Positions 45,131-54,608 of a DNA stretch of 54,608 bases are shown one piece after another. This DNA is from a virus. The notes below the pieces were generated by a model. It had not been told where the DNA came from and searched no databases. It saw only the letters and a program-made list of their open reading frames with translations. The DNA lies in the IMG/VR virus record IMGVR_UViG_3300013383_000035; one strand, 5' to 3'. The translations under genes and the position numbers were made by a program. Within the stretch, counting starts at the first letter, position 1; every line of letters begins with the position of its first letter.

Positions 45131-46366
45131 TTAAGGTGTTACGGTCGGTTTGTCCTGCGTCAAGTTCTTGAAGTAGTACAAATCGCGAGGACGTGTCGGC
45201 ACTGCAAGCGCGGTGAGTTCGCTTCGCCATTCTTGTGTGCGAGTATCTTCATTGTAGATATACTCTACAATTCCGCGTCCGCCGTAAAGACCTGCTGTGA
45301 TAGCGCGGCCATCGGAGCGTAAGGGTACTACATTCTTAATTACGCCGATAAGACCGGTCGGACGTACCAATATAACATCCTGCTCGAAAGCATCTACAAG
45401 TGAGCGGTCGAAGTTGTGGTTGGTGGTATTAACCTTTTCTACGCCGCAAACAGTCTTGTTATAGATAACCTCATCGGCTTCGATAAGACGCTTAAAGGCT
45501 TCTTTCTGTGCCTCAATGGGGGAGTTCTTGGCTACGGCCTTAGCATTGTCGTCATTGGACTTGGAGTAGCGCAAGCCAATGCCTGTTAGCGCATAACCGA
45601 GAGCGGTCAGTACGGCATCGTGCTTGGTGAGTTTATAGAATGTCTTCTCGTTTAACTCTACACAAACATTCTGATAACCGTTGACTTTCATTCGCAATTC
45701 GCGGATAAAGTCGCGCATATCGCCAATGGGGTCGCCCACCGCGGTAACAGTACCTGCGGTTGTGTCTTTCTCCCACCATTTCTTATCCATATAGTTCCCG
45801 GCAGGTACTTGTGCGGTAAAGGTGGTGCGCAACGAGCCGCGAGGGTTGTTGCTATCGGTAAGGGTCAGCTTACCAAGCGACTTCATTTGGCCGATTTGGT
45901 AGTTAAGCGTATTCTTGTGGGCGGCAGGAATAACACTTACGGTGTCAAACAGCGCCTTAGCAAGATACTCGCTTACGGCTGTGGTTTCGTTGGTATTGTT
46001 GAAGTTGGCTACGGAACGTATTTCGTTCAGCAATATCAACTGCTTGCGGTAGTCATTCTCGCCGCGTACTACGGTGTATTTATGGCGAGGTATTGTGCCG
46101 CTTAGCTTGGTCAGTGTTGTCGAGTTGCCGGCAGGCAAGGCGGGGGAGTTTAGGTCAACATAGCTGGCCATAACTTCTATTTGCGCCTCGGCTTCAAGCA
46201 TTTCGTATGTAAAATCAATCTGTTGGGGCGCCCACTCGAAACCCTCGAAGTTTTCGTCTTGGTTCTCAACTGCACTCAAAACCTGCTTATAGTATGCATC
46301 AAAGCTGGTATTGCTTGTAATTGAGTTGGACGCCATCAATGTGTCAAGTCCGCTAAATCTTTTCAT
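45131..46366 (-). CDS. Major capsid protein (HK97 fold, lambda gpE-like class)
   Basis: 411 aa, follows the scaffold and decoration genes. Confidence 0.8.
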   Translation of the reverse strand: MKRFSGLDTLMASNSITSNTSFDAYYKQVLSAVENQDENFEGFEWAPQQIDFTYEMLEAEAQIEVMASYVDLNSPALPAGNSTTLTKLSGTIPRHKYTVVRGENDYRKQLILLNEIRSVANFNNTNETTAVSEYLAKALFDTVSVIPAAHKNTLNYQIGQMKSLGKLTLTDSNNPRGSLRTTFTAQVPAGNYMDKKWWEKDTTAGTVTAVGDPIGDMRDFIRELRMKVNGYQNVCVELNEKTFYKLTKHDAVLTALGYALTGIGLRYSKSNDDNAKAVAKNSPIEAQKEAFKRLIEADEVIYNKTVCGVEKVNTTNHNFDRSLVDAFEQDVILVRPTGLIGVIKNVVPLRSDGRAITAGLYGGRGIVEYIYNEDTRTQEWRSELTALAVPTRPRDLYYFKNLTQDKPTVTP

Positions 46367-46369
46367 CGC

Positions 46370-46741
46370 TTAGCCCTCCTTTACAAATAATATGCGGCCT
46401 GCCAACGCAGCTTTCTGCTTAGCGGTATAAGTAAGCGTTGAAAGACTTTCATTGATTTGGCCACGGGTTACTACTGTTAGCGAACACCCATCTGCACCTA
46501 CATAGGCATCTTCGAGTGTCAGTCCGAGCGGAGTATCTCCGCCCATTGTGGTTGTGCCGCCTATTTTGTCAATAGACACGGCTGTTCCGGCAGGTATCAG
46601 CTTGCCAACGGTATTGGTTGTGTCAACAGGCACAAACGCACCGCAGGGCATTATCTCGTCAACTCGCGCCCAAAGGGACACTGCGCCAACGCTATAGTCC
46701 TCGCTGCCGTGTGTAAAAGAATTTCCGTAATGGGTTTTCAT
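46370..46741 (-). CDS. Head decoration-like protein
   Basis: 123 aa between the scaffold and capsid genes. Confidence 0.5.
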   Translation of the reverse strand: MKTHYGNSFTHGSEDYSVGAVSLWARVDEIMPCGAFVPVDTTNTVGKLIPAGTAVSIDKIGGTTTMGGDTPLGLTLEDAYVGADGCSLTVVTRGQINESLSTLTYTAKQKAALAGRILFVKEG

Positions 46742-46763
46742 TTTCTTTTTCCCGGATTAAAGG

Positions 46764-47501
46764 TTAGTTCTGTTTCTTACTCTCTGTGTCGTGCAGCTTT
46801 ACACCCTGTTTTTCGAGCATTGCGATTTGGTCGGAAAAATCAACCTTAGCGGTTTCACCTGCGGCATCTCCCTTAATGGGTTTGGTAACATCTATACCGC
46901 GGTCGGACACCTCATCGGTGAATTTCTCTCGAATTTTGGCTTCCAGTTCATCCGCCGTCCATTTCTTCCCGTAAGCGTCATAAAGCTCCATCGCTACCGC
47001 TTGGGCGCGTTTACGCTCCTTGGGGTATGCTTTGGCGTAATCCCAAGCATCTATTTTGGCTATGGCTGTCGCAACTGCGCCTTTCTGCGCCTCGGCGCTT
47101 TCAAAGGCCGTCAGCTTCGCTTGTAGCGGCTCTACAGCTTTGGCTACCGCGTTAGCAACCAACTCGGCCAAGTCTGCGGCTTTGTTTGTCGCTTCGGTTT
47201 TTTTATCGCTTGTCTCGTTGGCAGGATTTGCACTGCCGTCTTTGAGTTTGGCTTCTAATGCTGCTTTGTCGGCCTCTAAGCCCTTGATTTTGTCGCTTAG
47301 TGTCGTGCGCACCTTGTCGGCCATACTCTGATACATCTGAAGCATTGATTTAGCGTTATTTACAAACGGCGCAATCTGTGCTTCATCTGTAATGAACGTT
47401 TCTGCGGCTTGGGCAACCCGTTCAAACACCTCATCGCTTAGCCCCAAGTTCTTGTACCCTTGTTGCAACGAAGCCTTGATTTTATCTTTCATATCTATCA
47501 T
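46764..47501 (-). CDS. Capsid scaffolding protein
   Basis: Ala/Lys/Glu-rich helical 245-aa protein upstream of the capsid gene. Confidence 0.65.
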   Translation of the reverse strand: MIDMKDKIKASLQQGYKNLGLSDEVFERVAQAAETFITDEAQIAPFVNNAKSMLQMYQSMADKVRTTLSDKIKGLEADKAALEAKLKDGSANPANETSDKKTEATNKAADLAELVANAVAKAVEPLQAKLTAFESAEAQKGAVATAIAKIDAWDYAKAYPKERKRAQAVAMELYDAYGKKWTADELEAKIREKFTDEVSDRGIDVTKPIKGDAAGETAKVDFSDQIAMLEKQGVKLHDTESKKQN

Positions 47502-47520
47502 TTAGAATTATTATAACCTG

Positions 47521-47592
47521 TGGCGGTGGCAGGATTCGAACCTGCGACCTACGGGGAATGAACCCGCCGAGCTACCGCTGCTCCACACCACT
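47521..47592 (-). tRNA. tRNA-Met (anticodon CAT) with initiator-like features
   Basis: Cloverleaf drawn by hand: AGTGGTG TG GAGC AGCGGTA GCTC G GCGGG TTCATTC CCCGT AGGTC GCAGG TTCGAAT CCTGC CACCGCC A. It has a 1:72 mismatch and three G-C pairs closing the anticodon stem. No CCA is encoded. Confidence 0.8.
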
Positions 47593-47660
47593 ATCCTAAA
47601 AAAACATAGAGCCGTAAGTTTTTTACGCTTACGGCTCTATGGCTCTCATTCACCAACTAT

Positions 47661-47870
47661 TTAACAACTGAACTCTTTATCAATGTCCACAATTTTCTTT
47701 ATCTGTCCGTCTCTGACCTCTACGCCTATCGGTTTGCGGCACTTTCTGCACCACAATTCAAGATTGCCATTGTCTACGGCCAGTTTTGCGAGTATCGCAC
47801 CTCTGTGGCCTCGCTCCTCGCAAAAAGGACATCTTAAAACAACCGTTTTCACGCCGCAAATATAATACAC
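47661..47870 (-). CDS. Zinc-ribbon protein (CPFC...CRKC)
   Basis: 69 aa with two CxxC pairs. Confidence 0.5.
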   Translation of the reverse strand: MYYICGVKTVVLRCPFCEERGHRGAILAKLAVDNGNLELWCRKCRKPIGVEVRDGQIKKIVDIDKEFSC

Positions 47871-47942
47871 TTAATTGATTACTGCAAATATTTTAAGCAA
47901 AACTTTAATTTTTTTCTTAACTTTGCACAAAACATCACGACA

Positions 47943-49700
47943 ATGTCTTTTAAGCTCGTTAATCCGAACATTGACTTTCCTCCGCTTTACCCCGAGGCGG
48001 AGCGCGTTCTTGCCACATCTAAAAGCAAGAGCCGCACTGTCGTTGATGGTTATGAGTTGCGCCCCAACCAAATAGACCTCATTCCGCAGCCGGGCTTGCA
48101 GGAGCAACTATGCCAAAGCGAAGCTAACCTCGTCTTTATCTGCGGCCAAGCCACGTCAGGCAAGACTTTTGCAATGTATCTCAATGCCTTACAGGGAGTT
48201 ACACATTACGGATTTGCAGCTAAATTGATTTCTGTTCGCTTGCAGGATAGTAAGAAGGGTGGCTCAATGTTCCGCGATGGCGTAACGGTTTGCGGTAATT
48301 TTGCCAATTGCGAGTATAATTCGGCGGACTACCCGACTTTTATTTGGCCGCAATGGAATAGTTCCTTGCAACTTATTCACTCTAATTTCAACGTGAACAA
48401 TCCTGCGGAGTGGGAACAATTCCAAGATTACGCGAAAAAAGTCCAAGCATCGCTTATTATGGTGGACGAGGCTACGGAAATGAAGGAATTTAAGATGTTC
48501 GCCTATTGGTTTAGCCGTAATCGTGATAGCTCGGGAATGACGCCGCAAATGGTCTTGTCTTTCAATCCCTCTCACGACCACTGGACTACGCGAATGCTGT
48601 GTGATGCTGGTTATATCGGCTCTGATTGGTATTTGCGTAAGGATATGATTGGCAAAGTGCGATATTGGTACAATAAGGGCAAAACCCCCGCCGAGATCAT
48701 TTGGGGCGACACCCCCGAAGAAGTTGCGGACGCCGCAGGACTTATAGATAAGCCTGATGATTTGGCGGCAGGCATTTCTCGCTTGGATTATGTGAAATCG
48801 TTTACGGTGTTGACCGGTACTGCCGCAGGCAACCGCGAATTGGTAAATGCTACGGGCGGACAGTCTGTCGCCAATCTACACGCAACTGGCGCTGAACAAC
48901 GCCAAATTGTAGGCGAAGGATATTTCGGTGTTGTAAACGCCGAGGAAATCAACGTGTCGCGCGAGATGATTAATAATCTATGGGTAAATCCGATAAGCGA
49001 TGACGCCAATATGTACGCGACTATGGATATATCTTCGGGCAAAGCTGATAACGACAAGTCGCCTATGGTGATATGGCGCGGACTCCAAATTGTCGGCATC
49101 GAATTGTTTTCGGGCGAGCCTACGGAGATGGCTGGATGGATTAAGACCAAACTTAACGCTTACAGCGTTGACGTTACGCGCTTCGCTTACGATGCTACGG
49201 GACACGGATATTGGATGCAGGGACTTACAAACGGCGTTGCTGTAACGGCAAACAAACGTGCCATCCAAGAAATTGACGAGTTTGGCAACCCCGTAACTCG
49301 CGATGATTATTTCAATTGCCGCTCTCAATTACTGGGACGCACGGAGGTTATGCTTAAACGCGGTGATATTTCCTGCTCGCTGTCGCCCGATATGCGCATC
49401 CCTTACGCTAAGGGCGGCGCAACGCGTGCCTTGCGCGACATCCTCTATGACGAAATAAACGTGTTCGCAACGACAACGCGAAACAAACGAATATACTACC
49501 GCTCTAAGGACGAATATCGAGCAAAGTTCAGGCATTCGCCCGACCTAATGGACGCTATATGCTTACGCGCGGTTTTCGAGCTTGACGCCCGACCCAAGAA
49601 AGCGCCTCGCCCTATGGCCTCGCCAAATGTGTACACTAATCTGTATTCGGCTTTCGCCCAAACGGCTAAACGAGGTTGGAATAAGACGTTTTTTAGATAA
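47943..49700 (+). CDS. terL: Terminase large subunit
   Basis: Walker A GQATSGKT, Walker B LIMVDEATE. 585 aa. Confidence 0.9.
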   Translation: MSFKLVNPNIDFPPLYPEAERVLATSKSKSRTVVDGYELRPNQIDLIPQPGLQEQLCQSEANLVFICGQATSGKTFAMYLNALQGVTHYGFAAKLISVRLQDSKKGGSMFRDGVTVCGNFANCEYNSADYPTFIWPQWNSSLQLIHSNFNVNNPAEWEQFQDYAKKVQASLIMVDEATEMKEFKMFAYWFSRNRDSSGMTPQMVLSFNPSHDHWTTRMLCDAGYIGSDWYLRKDMIGKVRYWYNKGKTPAEIIWGDTPEEVADAAGLIDKPDDLAAGISRLDYVKSFTVLTGTAAGNRELVNATGGQSVANLHATGAEQRQIVGEGYFGVVNAEEINVSREMINNLWVNPISDDANMYATMDISSGKADNDKSPMVIWRGLQIVGIELFSGEPTEMAGWIKTKLNAYSVDVTRFAYDATGHGYWMQGLTNGVAVTANKRAIQEIDEFGNPVTRDDYFNCRSQLLGRTEVMLKRGDISCSLSPDMRIPYAKGGATRALRDILYDEINVFATTTRNKRIYYRSKDEYRAKFRHSPDLMDAICLRAVFELDARPKKAPRPMASPNVYTNLYSAFAQTAKRGWNKTFFR

Positions 49701-49717
49701 CCTTAATACCCTTGATA

Positions 49718-51463
49718 ATGATAAATATTTCAGAGCACCTTAAAAAGGATTTTTGGCAGCGCCGCTGGGTTTGCGACCGCACGGCGCCAATCCCTACAAA
49801 TCCCGAGTTTTACGCGCAGCCGATACGGCTTCCATCAGTAAATGTGCGCTACCTTACGCAAGATGATTTTGCAAACGAAATCAACGTGTCGGCACATGCC
49901 ATCAATTCGCTGTATCAGTCGGCTCGGCCTATCCGCGAAGCTGTTTCTAAACTTGACGAGCAGGGCAACCCTGTCCTTGATAAGGATGGCAACCCTATGC
50001 AGGAGTGGCGCATTGTGGGCTATGATGACCTCGAAACTACGCGGTACGGCCTACAATACCGCTTTGCCTTATGTAAAACCGCCCATTTCGCAGGCAACGG
50101 CTGGGGCATCTATAACGAGCAAACGGATAAGTCTGAAGCCGCGCATCACCGCTATGATACACTATGCTCGTGGCGCGACATCGCGGGACTGGATATGGCC
50201 TTTAAGGAGGTAGTGAAATCTTGCTTTACTACGGGCGATGGCGCTATTTATCTGTATCAAGACGGCAATAGCATCTCTTACGAGGTATTCTCGTTTAATA
50301 AGGGTGATATTTTATTCTCTGATTATGACGAAAACCACTTCCCGGTGGTTTACCGACTTTACACGCTTAAAGGCCAACGCGCGGTGGACATCTTCGGCGC
50401 TGAATACATCGAAACTTGGGTGCAAGCGGATGTATCGGATAAAGGTAAATCAATGACCAATAAGTGGTTCGCCCAAATACGCGGATGGTTTAAGTCTCAC
50501 GATTTCGCCCTAAGTGAGGACGGATGGACGCGCATAAGCCAACGAGCAACTCAAACAGGCAATATCGTCAACGCCTGTGTATATTTCCGCATTGACGACA
50601 TCCCCAGCGGCATTGTGCAGGAGGACATTGAGGCGCTGGAACGCTCTGCAAGTTATGTGGCCGAGGGCGTCAAGGCCGCTGCTTTCGATACGCTGTTTAT
50701 CAAGGCTACAAACATCCAAAACCTCCCCGAGGTCGGCTCTTTCGGCAGCGTTATCGGCGTTACGGGTGATGTTGACGAGCTTAAAGCCTCTGACGCTAAA
50801 CGACTTCCCCCAAGCAATATCTCGGATGTTGCAACCATAGACCTTAAAGAAAAGAAAGAAAGTATCTTACATTCGTCAATGTCTGTCATTCTTGACCCTG
50901 ACGTGCTACGCAGCGGTGCGGACTCGTCAAGCGCTATGCGATTGTGTTTTAATGACGAGGTTAAATGGTGCATGGCTATGCAGCCGCAATTCTATAAGCA
51001 GCTTCAACAGCTCACAAACGCGCTCAAAGCCATCGTTGCAAAGGTGGAGAAAGACTCGGAGTACGCTTCGCTGCGCGTGTCGGTAGGTATGAACATTTGG
51101 ACTCCCAACAACGTAAGCGAGGCCGTGGAAAACGCTACGAAGTTAGTTTACGCCGGCATCCTTTCGCGCGAAAACGCCCGACACGAACTTGATATTAATT
51201 ATCCCGATGATATTAATATCGTTTACGGCGAAACGGAGAAAGAACTCTATCAGAAAACCTATACTCCGCTTAAAGCGAAACACGATGCTCAACAAGATTT
51301 CGGCCTTACGGATGTTGCTGACGATATTGTTATCGGTAGCAGCGAACCCGAAGTCGAAACCTCTAACGACAAACGAGCGGAATCCACAAGGTCGCAATAC
51401 GACCATAACGCATACGCGGCTAACGTTGATAATAACGCAAACCGCAAACCCATAAACGATTAA
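49718..51463 (+). CDS. Portal protein
   Basis: About 581 aa, immediately downstream of terL. The track ORF starts at TTG 49712 and the first ATG is at 49718. Confidence 0.75.
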   Translation: MINISEHLKKDFWQRRWVCDRTAPIPTNPEFYAQPIRLPSVNVRYLTQDDFANEINVSAHAINSLYQSARPIREAVSKLDEQGNPVLDKDGNPMQEWRIVGYDDLETTRYGLQYRFALCKTAHFAGNGWGIYNEQTDKSEAAHHRYDTLCSWRDIAGLDMAFKEVVKSCFTTGDGAIYLYQDGNSISYEVFSFNKGDILFSDYDENHFPVVYRLYTLKGQRAVDIFGAEYIETWVQADVSDKGKSMTNKWFAQIRGWFKSHDFALSEDGWTRISQRATQTGNIVNACVYFRIDDIPSGIVQEDIEALERSASYVAEGVKAAAFDTLFIKATNIQNLPEVGSFGSVIGVTGDVDELKASDAKRLPPSNISDVATIDLKEKKESILHSSMSVILDPDVLRSGADSSSAMRLCFNDEVKWCMAMQPQFYKQLQQLTNALKAIVAKVEKDSEYASLRVSVGMNIWTPNNVSEAVENATKLVYAGILSRENARHELDINYPDDINIVYGETEKELYQKTYTPLKAKHDAQQDFGLTDVADDIVIGSSEPEVETSNDKRAESTRSQYDHNAYAANVDNNANRKPIND

Positions 51464-51518
51464 TTCAGTTTTTATTGTTCGAGGTTTTTGGAATAAGTCT
51501 TTTTTTGTTGTAGAAGTG

Positions 51519-51553
51519 AAGCCGCCCGACCGTGAGGTTAGACGGCTTTTTTT
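51519..51553 (+). terminator. Intrinsic terminator after the portal gene
   Basis: aagccg / cggctt stem followed by a T run. Confidence 0.7.
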
Positions 51554-51558
51554 ATGCG

Positions 51559-51594
51559 CAAAAAAAGTGGGCTACGCCTCACGCGCGACCCACT
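51559..51594 (-). terminator. Intrinsic terminator ending the minus-strand early operon
   Basis: agtggg / cccact stem, with a T run when read on the minus strand. Confidence 0.65.
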
Positions 51595-51645
51595 CCCCAA
51601 CATAAAAAAAAATAACACAAATGAATCAATGACACTGGTTATATG

Positions 51646-51876
51646 TCAGCCTTTATCTTTCTTTCCTACTGTACCATATATGTGTCGTGCTTTAACAATA
51701 TCAATGCGCTCTGTTTTGGCGTCTTTTATGACATAGTAAACACCAAACAAACCGCGCCGCACGTTTTTTATATAGCCGTGGCAGTACATACGGCTGCGAC
51801 AAACTATTATGCCGCGCCAACGTACGCGCAAACCTACGGAATACTCTACTTTATCGCCTATTTTATTCATTTCCAT
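51646..51876 (-). CDS. Hypothetical protein
   Basis: 76-aa ORF. Confidence 0.45.
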   Translation of the reverse strand: MEMNKIGDKVEYSVGLRVRWRGIIVCRSRMYCHGYIKNVRRGLFGVYYVIKDAKTERIDIVKARHIYGTVGKKDKG

Positions 51877-52420
51877 TAGTCTTTGTTATATTCCCTTTTT
51901 TTACATTTTCGTCTATGAATTTTTTGTATGCACACTCCGAACACCGCACGGGCAAATAACGCCTCGGCGCTTCTACCTTGATTTCATCCTCTTTCAGATA
52001 GCCAACTTTTTTCAACAAATCGGCTTGGTCTTTTAGCACCTCGGCATCCGTGTTGGTATTGGTTTCTACACTTGTGGCTACATCGTTTGCGAATTTCTTC
52101 ATAATGCGCTCTTTGCGCGTACCGCTAACCTCTATGCCGCTCGGTACGTCTTTGCCGCGTTTCAGCAGCTTGCGCAGCGTCCGTTTATAGGCGTCTATAT
52201 AGTCTCTGTGTTTCTTATACGCAAAGAATTGCCTACACGCCTCTTTCCCTGCTTGATTGAGGTTGCCGTCCAGCCCGAGATACATCGGGAAAAACCGCTT
52301 AAATGCGGCTTCATAGGTGGTTTCAAACGCAACATAGTAATTCATACAGTCGCGGTCGTCAACAGGGACATCGCGCCACAAATCATCCCCCTCGGGCTTA
52401 ATGGGTAGGAAGTTGTTCAT
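51863..52420 (-). CDS. Hypothetical protein
   Basis: 185-aa ORF. Confidence 0.55.
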   Translation of the reverse strand: MNNFLPIKPEGDDLWRDVPVDDRDCMNYYVAFETTYEAAFKRFFPMYLGLDGNLNQAGKEACRQFFAYKKHRDYIDAYKRTLRKLLKRGKDVPSGIEVSGTRKERIMKKFANDVATSVETNTNTDAEVLKDQADLLKKVGYLKEDEIKVEAPRRYLPVRCSECAYKKFIDENVKKGNITKTNGNE

Positions 52421-52776
52421 TTTTCGTTGCTTTCTTTGGGAAAGACATAGCGCACCGTCAACTCGTTGCCTATATCTTTCAATATTTCACTCCTAATGCC
52501 GTAACCGCGTGTTACATCCTTTATTGTAGCCATAAGCGTTTCTCGCACATTTTCAACGTGCCCGACACATTCGAGGTCTGCAACGTCCATAATATCGCAT
52601 AAAACACCACACCTAAACGCCACAAGCACAACATCCTCGGATACTTCACTCTCACCCTGTATGACAATGCCTCGCCCGTATTTATGTATGCGCGGACGAT
52701 TACTGCCGTTTATCCAAACCTCGGAGTCCTTGACTTCCACCAAGTCGCCGTATCTTAATTTTCTTCTATCTGACAT
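52417..52776 (-). CDS. Hypothetical protein
   Basis: 119-aa ORF overlapping its neighbours by 4 and 11 nt. Confidence 0.55.
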   Translation of the reverse strand: MSDRRKLRYGDLVEVKDSEVWINGSNRPRIHKYGRGIVIQGESEVSEDVVLVAFRCGVLCDIMDVADLECVGHVENVRETLMATIKDVTRGYGIRSEILKDIGNELTVRYVFPKESNEK

Positions 52777-53137
52777 TCTTTTCTATCTCTTTAACTTCGA
52801 TTACCAAGACTTTGTCGCGGTCAAAACCGTTACGACCCAAGCCCTCGACTATACACTCCGTCTCCCATTTGCGACATAGCGCGTTATAGTTCACATCGGT
52901 TCCGTAAATAGCCTTGCACATAAACGAGAATGCCGATGACGCTATCGGTATCTCACACTTCTGCACAAGCGTGTATTTGCCGTGCCGCCAGCCGTCCCAA
53001 AATTCCACAAGCGTGCCACTTCGCGCTTTCCGCAAACGGCTGTTGCAATACAAACCCACGGGCAACATCGCAAACGGACGCCCTTCGCTCGGCAAGGTAT
53101 GCCTAATCCTTATCTTTTCAGTCCTCGCAACCGACAT
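52766..53137 (-). CDS. Hypothetical protein
   Basis: 123-aa ORF. Confidence 0.55.
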   Translation of the reverse strand: MSVARTEKIRIRHTLPSEGRPFAMLPVGLYCNSRLRKARSGTLVEFWDGWRHGKYTLVQKCEIPIASSAFSFMCKAIYGTDVNYNALCRKWETECIVEGLGRNGFDRDKVLVIEVKEIEKNVR

Positions 53138-53865
53138 TCTCTATCCCATTTTGTGAGATTGTACGATTGCAAGGCCAAACCAACCGCACAGATAAAGCTC
53201 TCATATTGATTGGGCTTCAAACAATGCCTGCGCCGCTCGTTGAACAACGCGACTTTCTCATCGCTTATCACGCCGTCCGCATCGCGCCAGTCATCGGCAT
53301 TGCCTAACAGATATTTCATATCTCGCCGCCGCAAATCAAAGCACATCAATTGTATTGTGTCCACATATTCCTGCGGCTTGATATTCTTGATGCCCTTGCG
53401 TGTCCACCACGCACGAGAACGCTCGCAAAAGGCATTGAAATCACAATCAGCGGGCGCTTCTATGTAGTCTTTTATGCCTTTGTTGTAAAAACATTGAGCA
53501 ACAGGCAAAAAACAACTCAAAAAATTGGCCTTGAAACGCCGCATAGACGAGAAAAAGGTCTGCATTACGCCGTATTGCCGCTGTAAACGCGAACGCACGT
53601 GCAAACGCAATTGCCACTCCAATTCTTCGACATCATAGCCGTCCGTAACAAACCCGTACATACCCGGCTCTATGTGGTTTTTTAGGAACAAACGGCACAA
53701 GCCCTCATCTTCGACATCTCGCGCATCGGAAACCCCGAGTTTATATACGTAGTCCAGCAGCGAAATCATGCTGCGCACGGACTGACGGTTTACAAATCCT
53801 CGGTTTAGCGGATTAATCGCACCCTGTCCCTTCCACGTTATCATCTTCGCGCCCTCGCCGTCCAT
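53110..53865 (-). CDS. Hypothetical protein
   Basis: 251-aa ORF. Confidence 0.55.
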   Translation of the reverse strand: MDGEGAKMITWKGQGAINPLNRGFVNRQSVRSMISLLDYVYKLGVSDARDVEDEGLCRLFLKNHIEPGMYGFVTDGYDVEELEWQLRLHVRSRLQRQYGVMQTFFSSMRRFKANFLSCFLPVAQCFYNKGIKDYIEAPADCDFNAFCERSRAWWTRKGIKNIKPQEYVDTIQLMCFDLRRRDMKYLLGNADDWRDADGVISDEKVALFNERRRHCLKPNQYESFICAVGLALQSYNLTKWDRECRLRGLKR

Positions 53866-54424
53866 TGTCGCTTTCGGTTTTATCCGTTAGTATATCATCC
53901 TCACGCAGTATCTCTTTCATTTCTTGACGAGATTGCTTTTGCGCTCGCCGCGCACTGCGTCTCCCTTTGGCTATCGCCTCACCGCGCTTCACCGCTTCCT
54001 CCATTAACGCTTGCGACCCCGCTTCTTCTGCCTCTGTAACGCTTTCCGCGGCCTTTTCAGCGCGTTTCATTGTGCGCTTAAAGTATTTGCCCAAGGCACG
54101 CTGCAAATCGGCTGCAAAGCCCTTATCCTGCGTTACGCAACTTAGCGTCTGATACATCAACGTGACGAAACCCTCAATGTAATCTGTGCGCTCTTGCCCT
54201 GCGGCGGCAAGCAAGTACGCGTAAGCAGGTAGACGAGCGTCTATGGTCATTGTAAAGATACCGTCATAACCACGTATCTCCACTCGCGACCCCGTGAGGT
54301 CGCCCTCGCTATAATATATCTTCACTCCTATCGCATCGCCGCCGAAATTATACTCAAACAGCGGTTTCTCATCGTTTTTCCATTTTTTGTAAGTCTTGCG
54401 CATCTTCTTTAAGCTAATCCCCAT
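53813..54424 (-). CDS. Hypothetical protein with a charged C-terminal tail
   Basis: 203-aa ORF, directly downstream of the Dam-like gene on the minus strand. Confidence 0.55.
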   Translation of the reverse strand: MGISLKKMRKTYKKWKNDEKPLFEYNFGGDAIGVKIYYSEGDLTGSRVEIRGYDGIFTMTIDARLPAYAYLLAAAGQERTDYIEGFVTLMYQTLSCVTQDKGFAADLQRALGKYFKRTMKRAEKAAESVTEAEEAGSQALMEEAVKRGEAIAKGRRSARRAQKQSRQEMKEILREDDILTDKTESDNGRRGREDDNVEGTGCD

Positions 54425-54487
54425 TATTTCTCTCTTTTTAAGTTTAACATTAAGTATATTTGTTTAAGTTCACGTTTTGCAAACGAT

Positions 54488-54608
54488 TTATATTTCCAAT
54501 ATCATTTGTCCGCCTTGTTGCCTTTGCTCGCACTGCCCCCTCGGCATCCACAGCTTTTCGACACGCTTACATCCATTATTCGTGGAACTCTTGGAGCTTA
54601 CCACATTC
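54488..54608 (-). CDS. C-terminal end of the Dam-like methyltransferase (same gene as 1-856)
   Basis: The reading frame continues ...WMPRGQCEQRQQGGQMILEI then stops. The stop codon is the complement of tta at 54488-54490. Confidence 0.7.
   Translation of the reverse strand, partial: NVVSSKSSTNNGCKRVEKLWMPRGQCEQRQQGGQMILEI
54532..54608. repeat. Second copy of the 77-bp terminal overlap
   Basis: Identical to 1-77. Confidence 0.95.

Overview
The window is a complete tailed-phage genome of about 54.5 kb. Bases 1-77 repeat exactly at 54532-54608, so the contig is circular or terminally redundant with a 54531-bp unit. A Dam-like methyltransferase gene spans the junction. The phage looks temperate. 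It has a tyrosine integrase, a CI-like repressor, a divergent Cro/Xis-like HTH gene and a candidate attP with arm-type repeats. The host is probably Bacteroidota, judged from TAnnTTTG promoter boxes, an Hc1 histone-like gene, a DUF3127-type gene and the integrase type. Gene modules are: (a) a minus-strand early operon (53813-54424 back through Dam and an SF3 helicase to an AT-rich cassette at 2289-3335); (b) a 1.3-kb non-coding control region (3336-4659); (c) plus-strand early and replication genes (serine recombinase, RecE-like exonuclease, RecT, RusA, sliding clamp, C5 methyltransferase, radical SAM, dUTPase, initiator with internal iterons, ThyX-like, SSB-like); (d) a minus-strand structural and lysis block (28158-47501: scaffold, decoration, capsid, connectors, tail tube, chaperones, tape measure, amidase, spanin-like proteins, two large distal tail proteins); (e) plus-strand TerL and portal. 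The most unusual locus is the C5 methyltransferase, which is split by about 0.8 kb of out-of-frame TRD-like fragments. This segment carries five G8-G9 tracts, and a sixth G8 tract lies in the adjacent radical-SAM gene. Two non-coding islands (11173-12430 and 14983-15990) also hold a large structured RNA candidate, four tRNA-like modular RNAs and a recurring purine-loop hairpin. All calls come from reading the sequence and the ORF track, and no searches were run.
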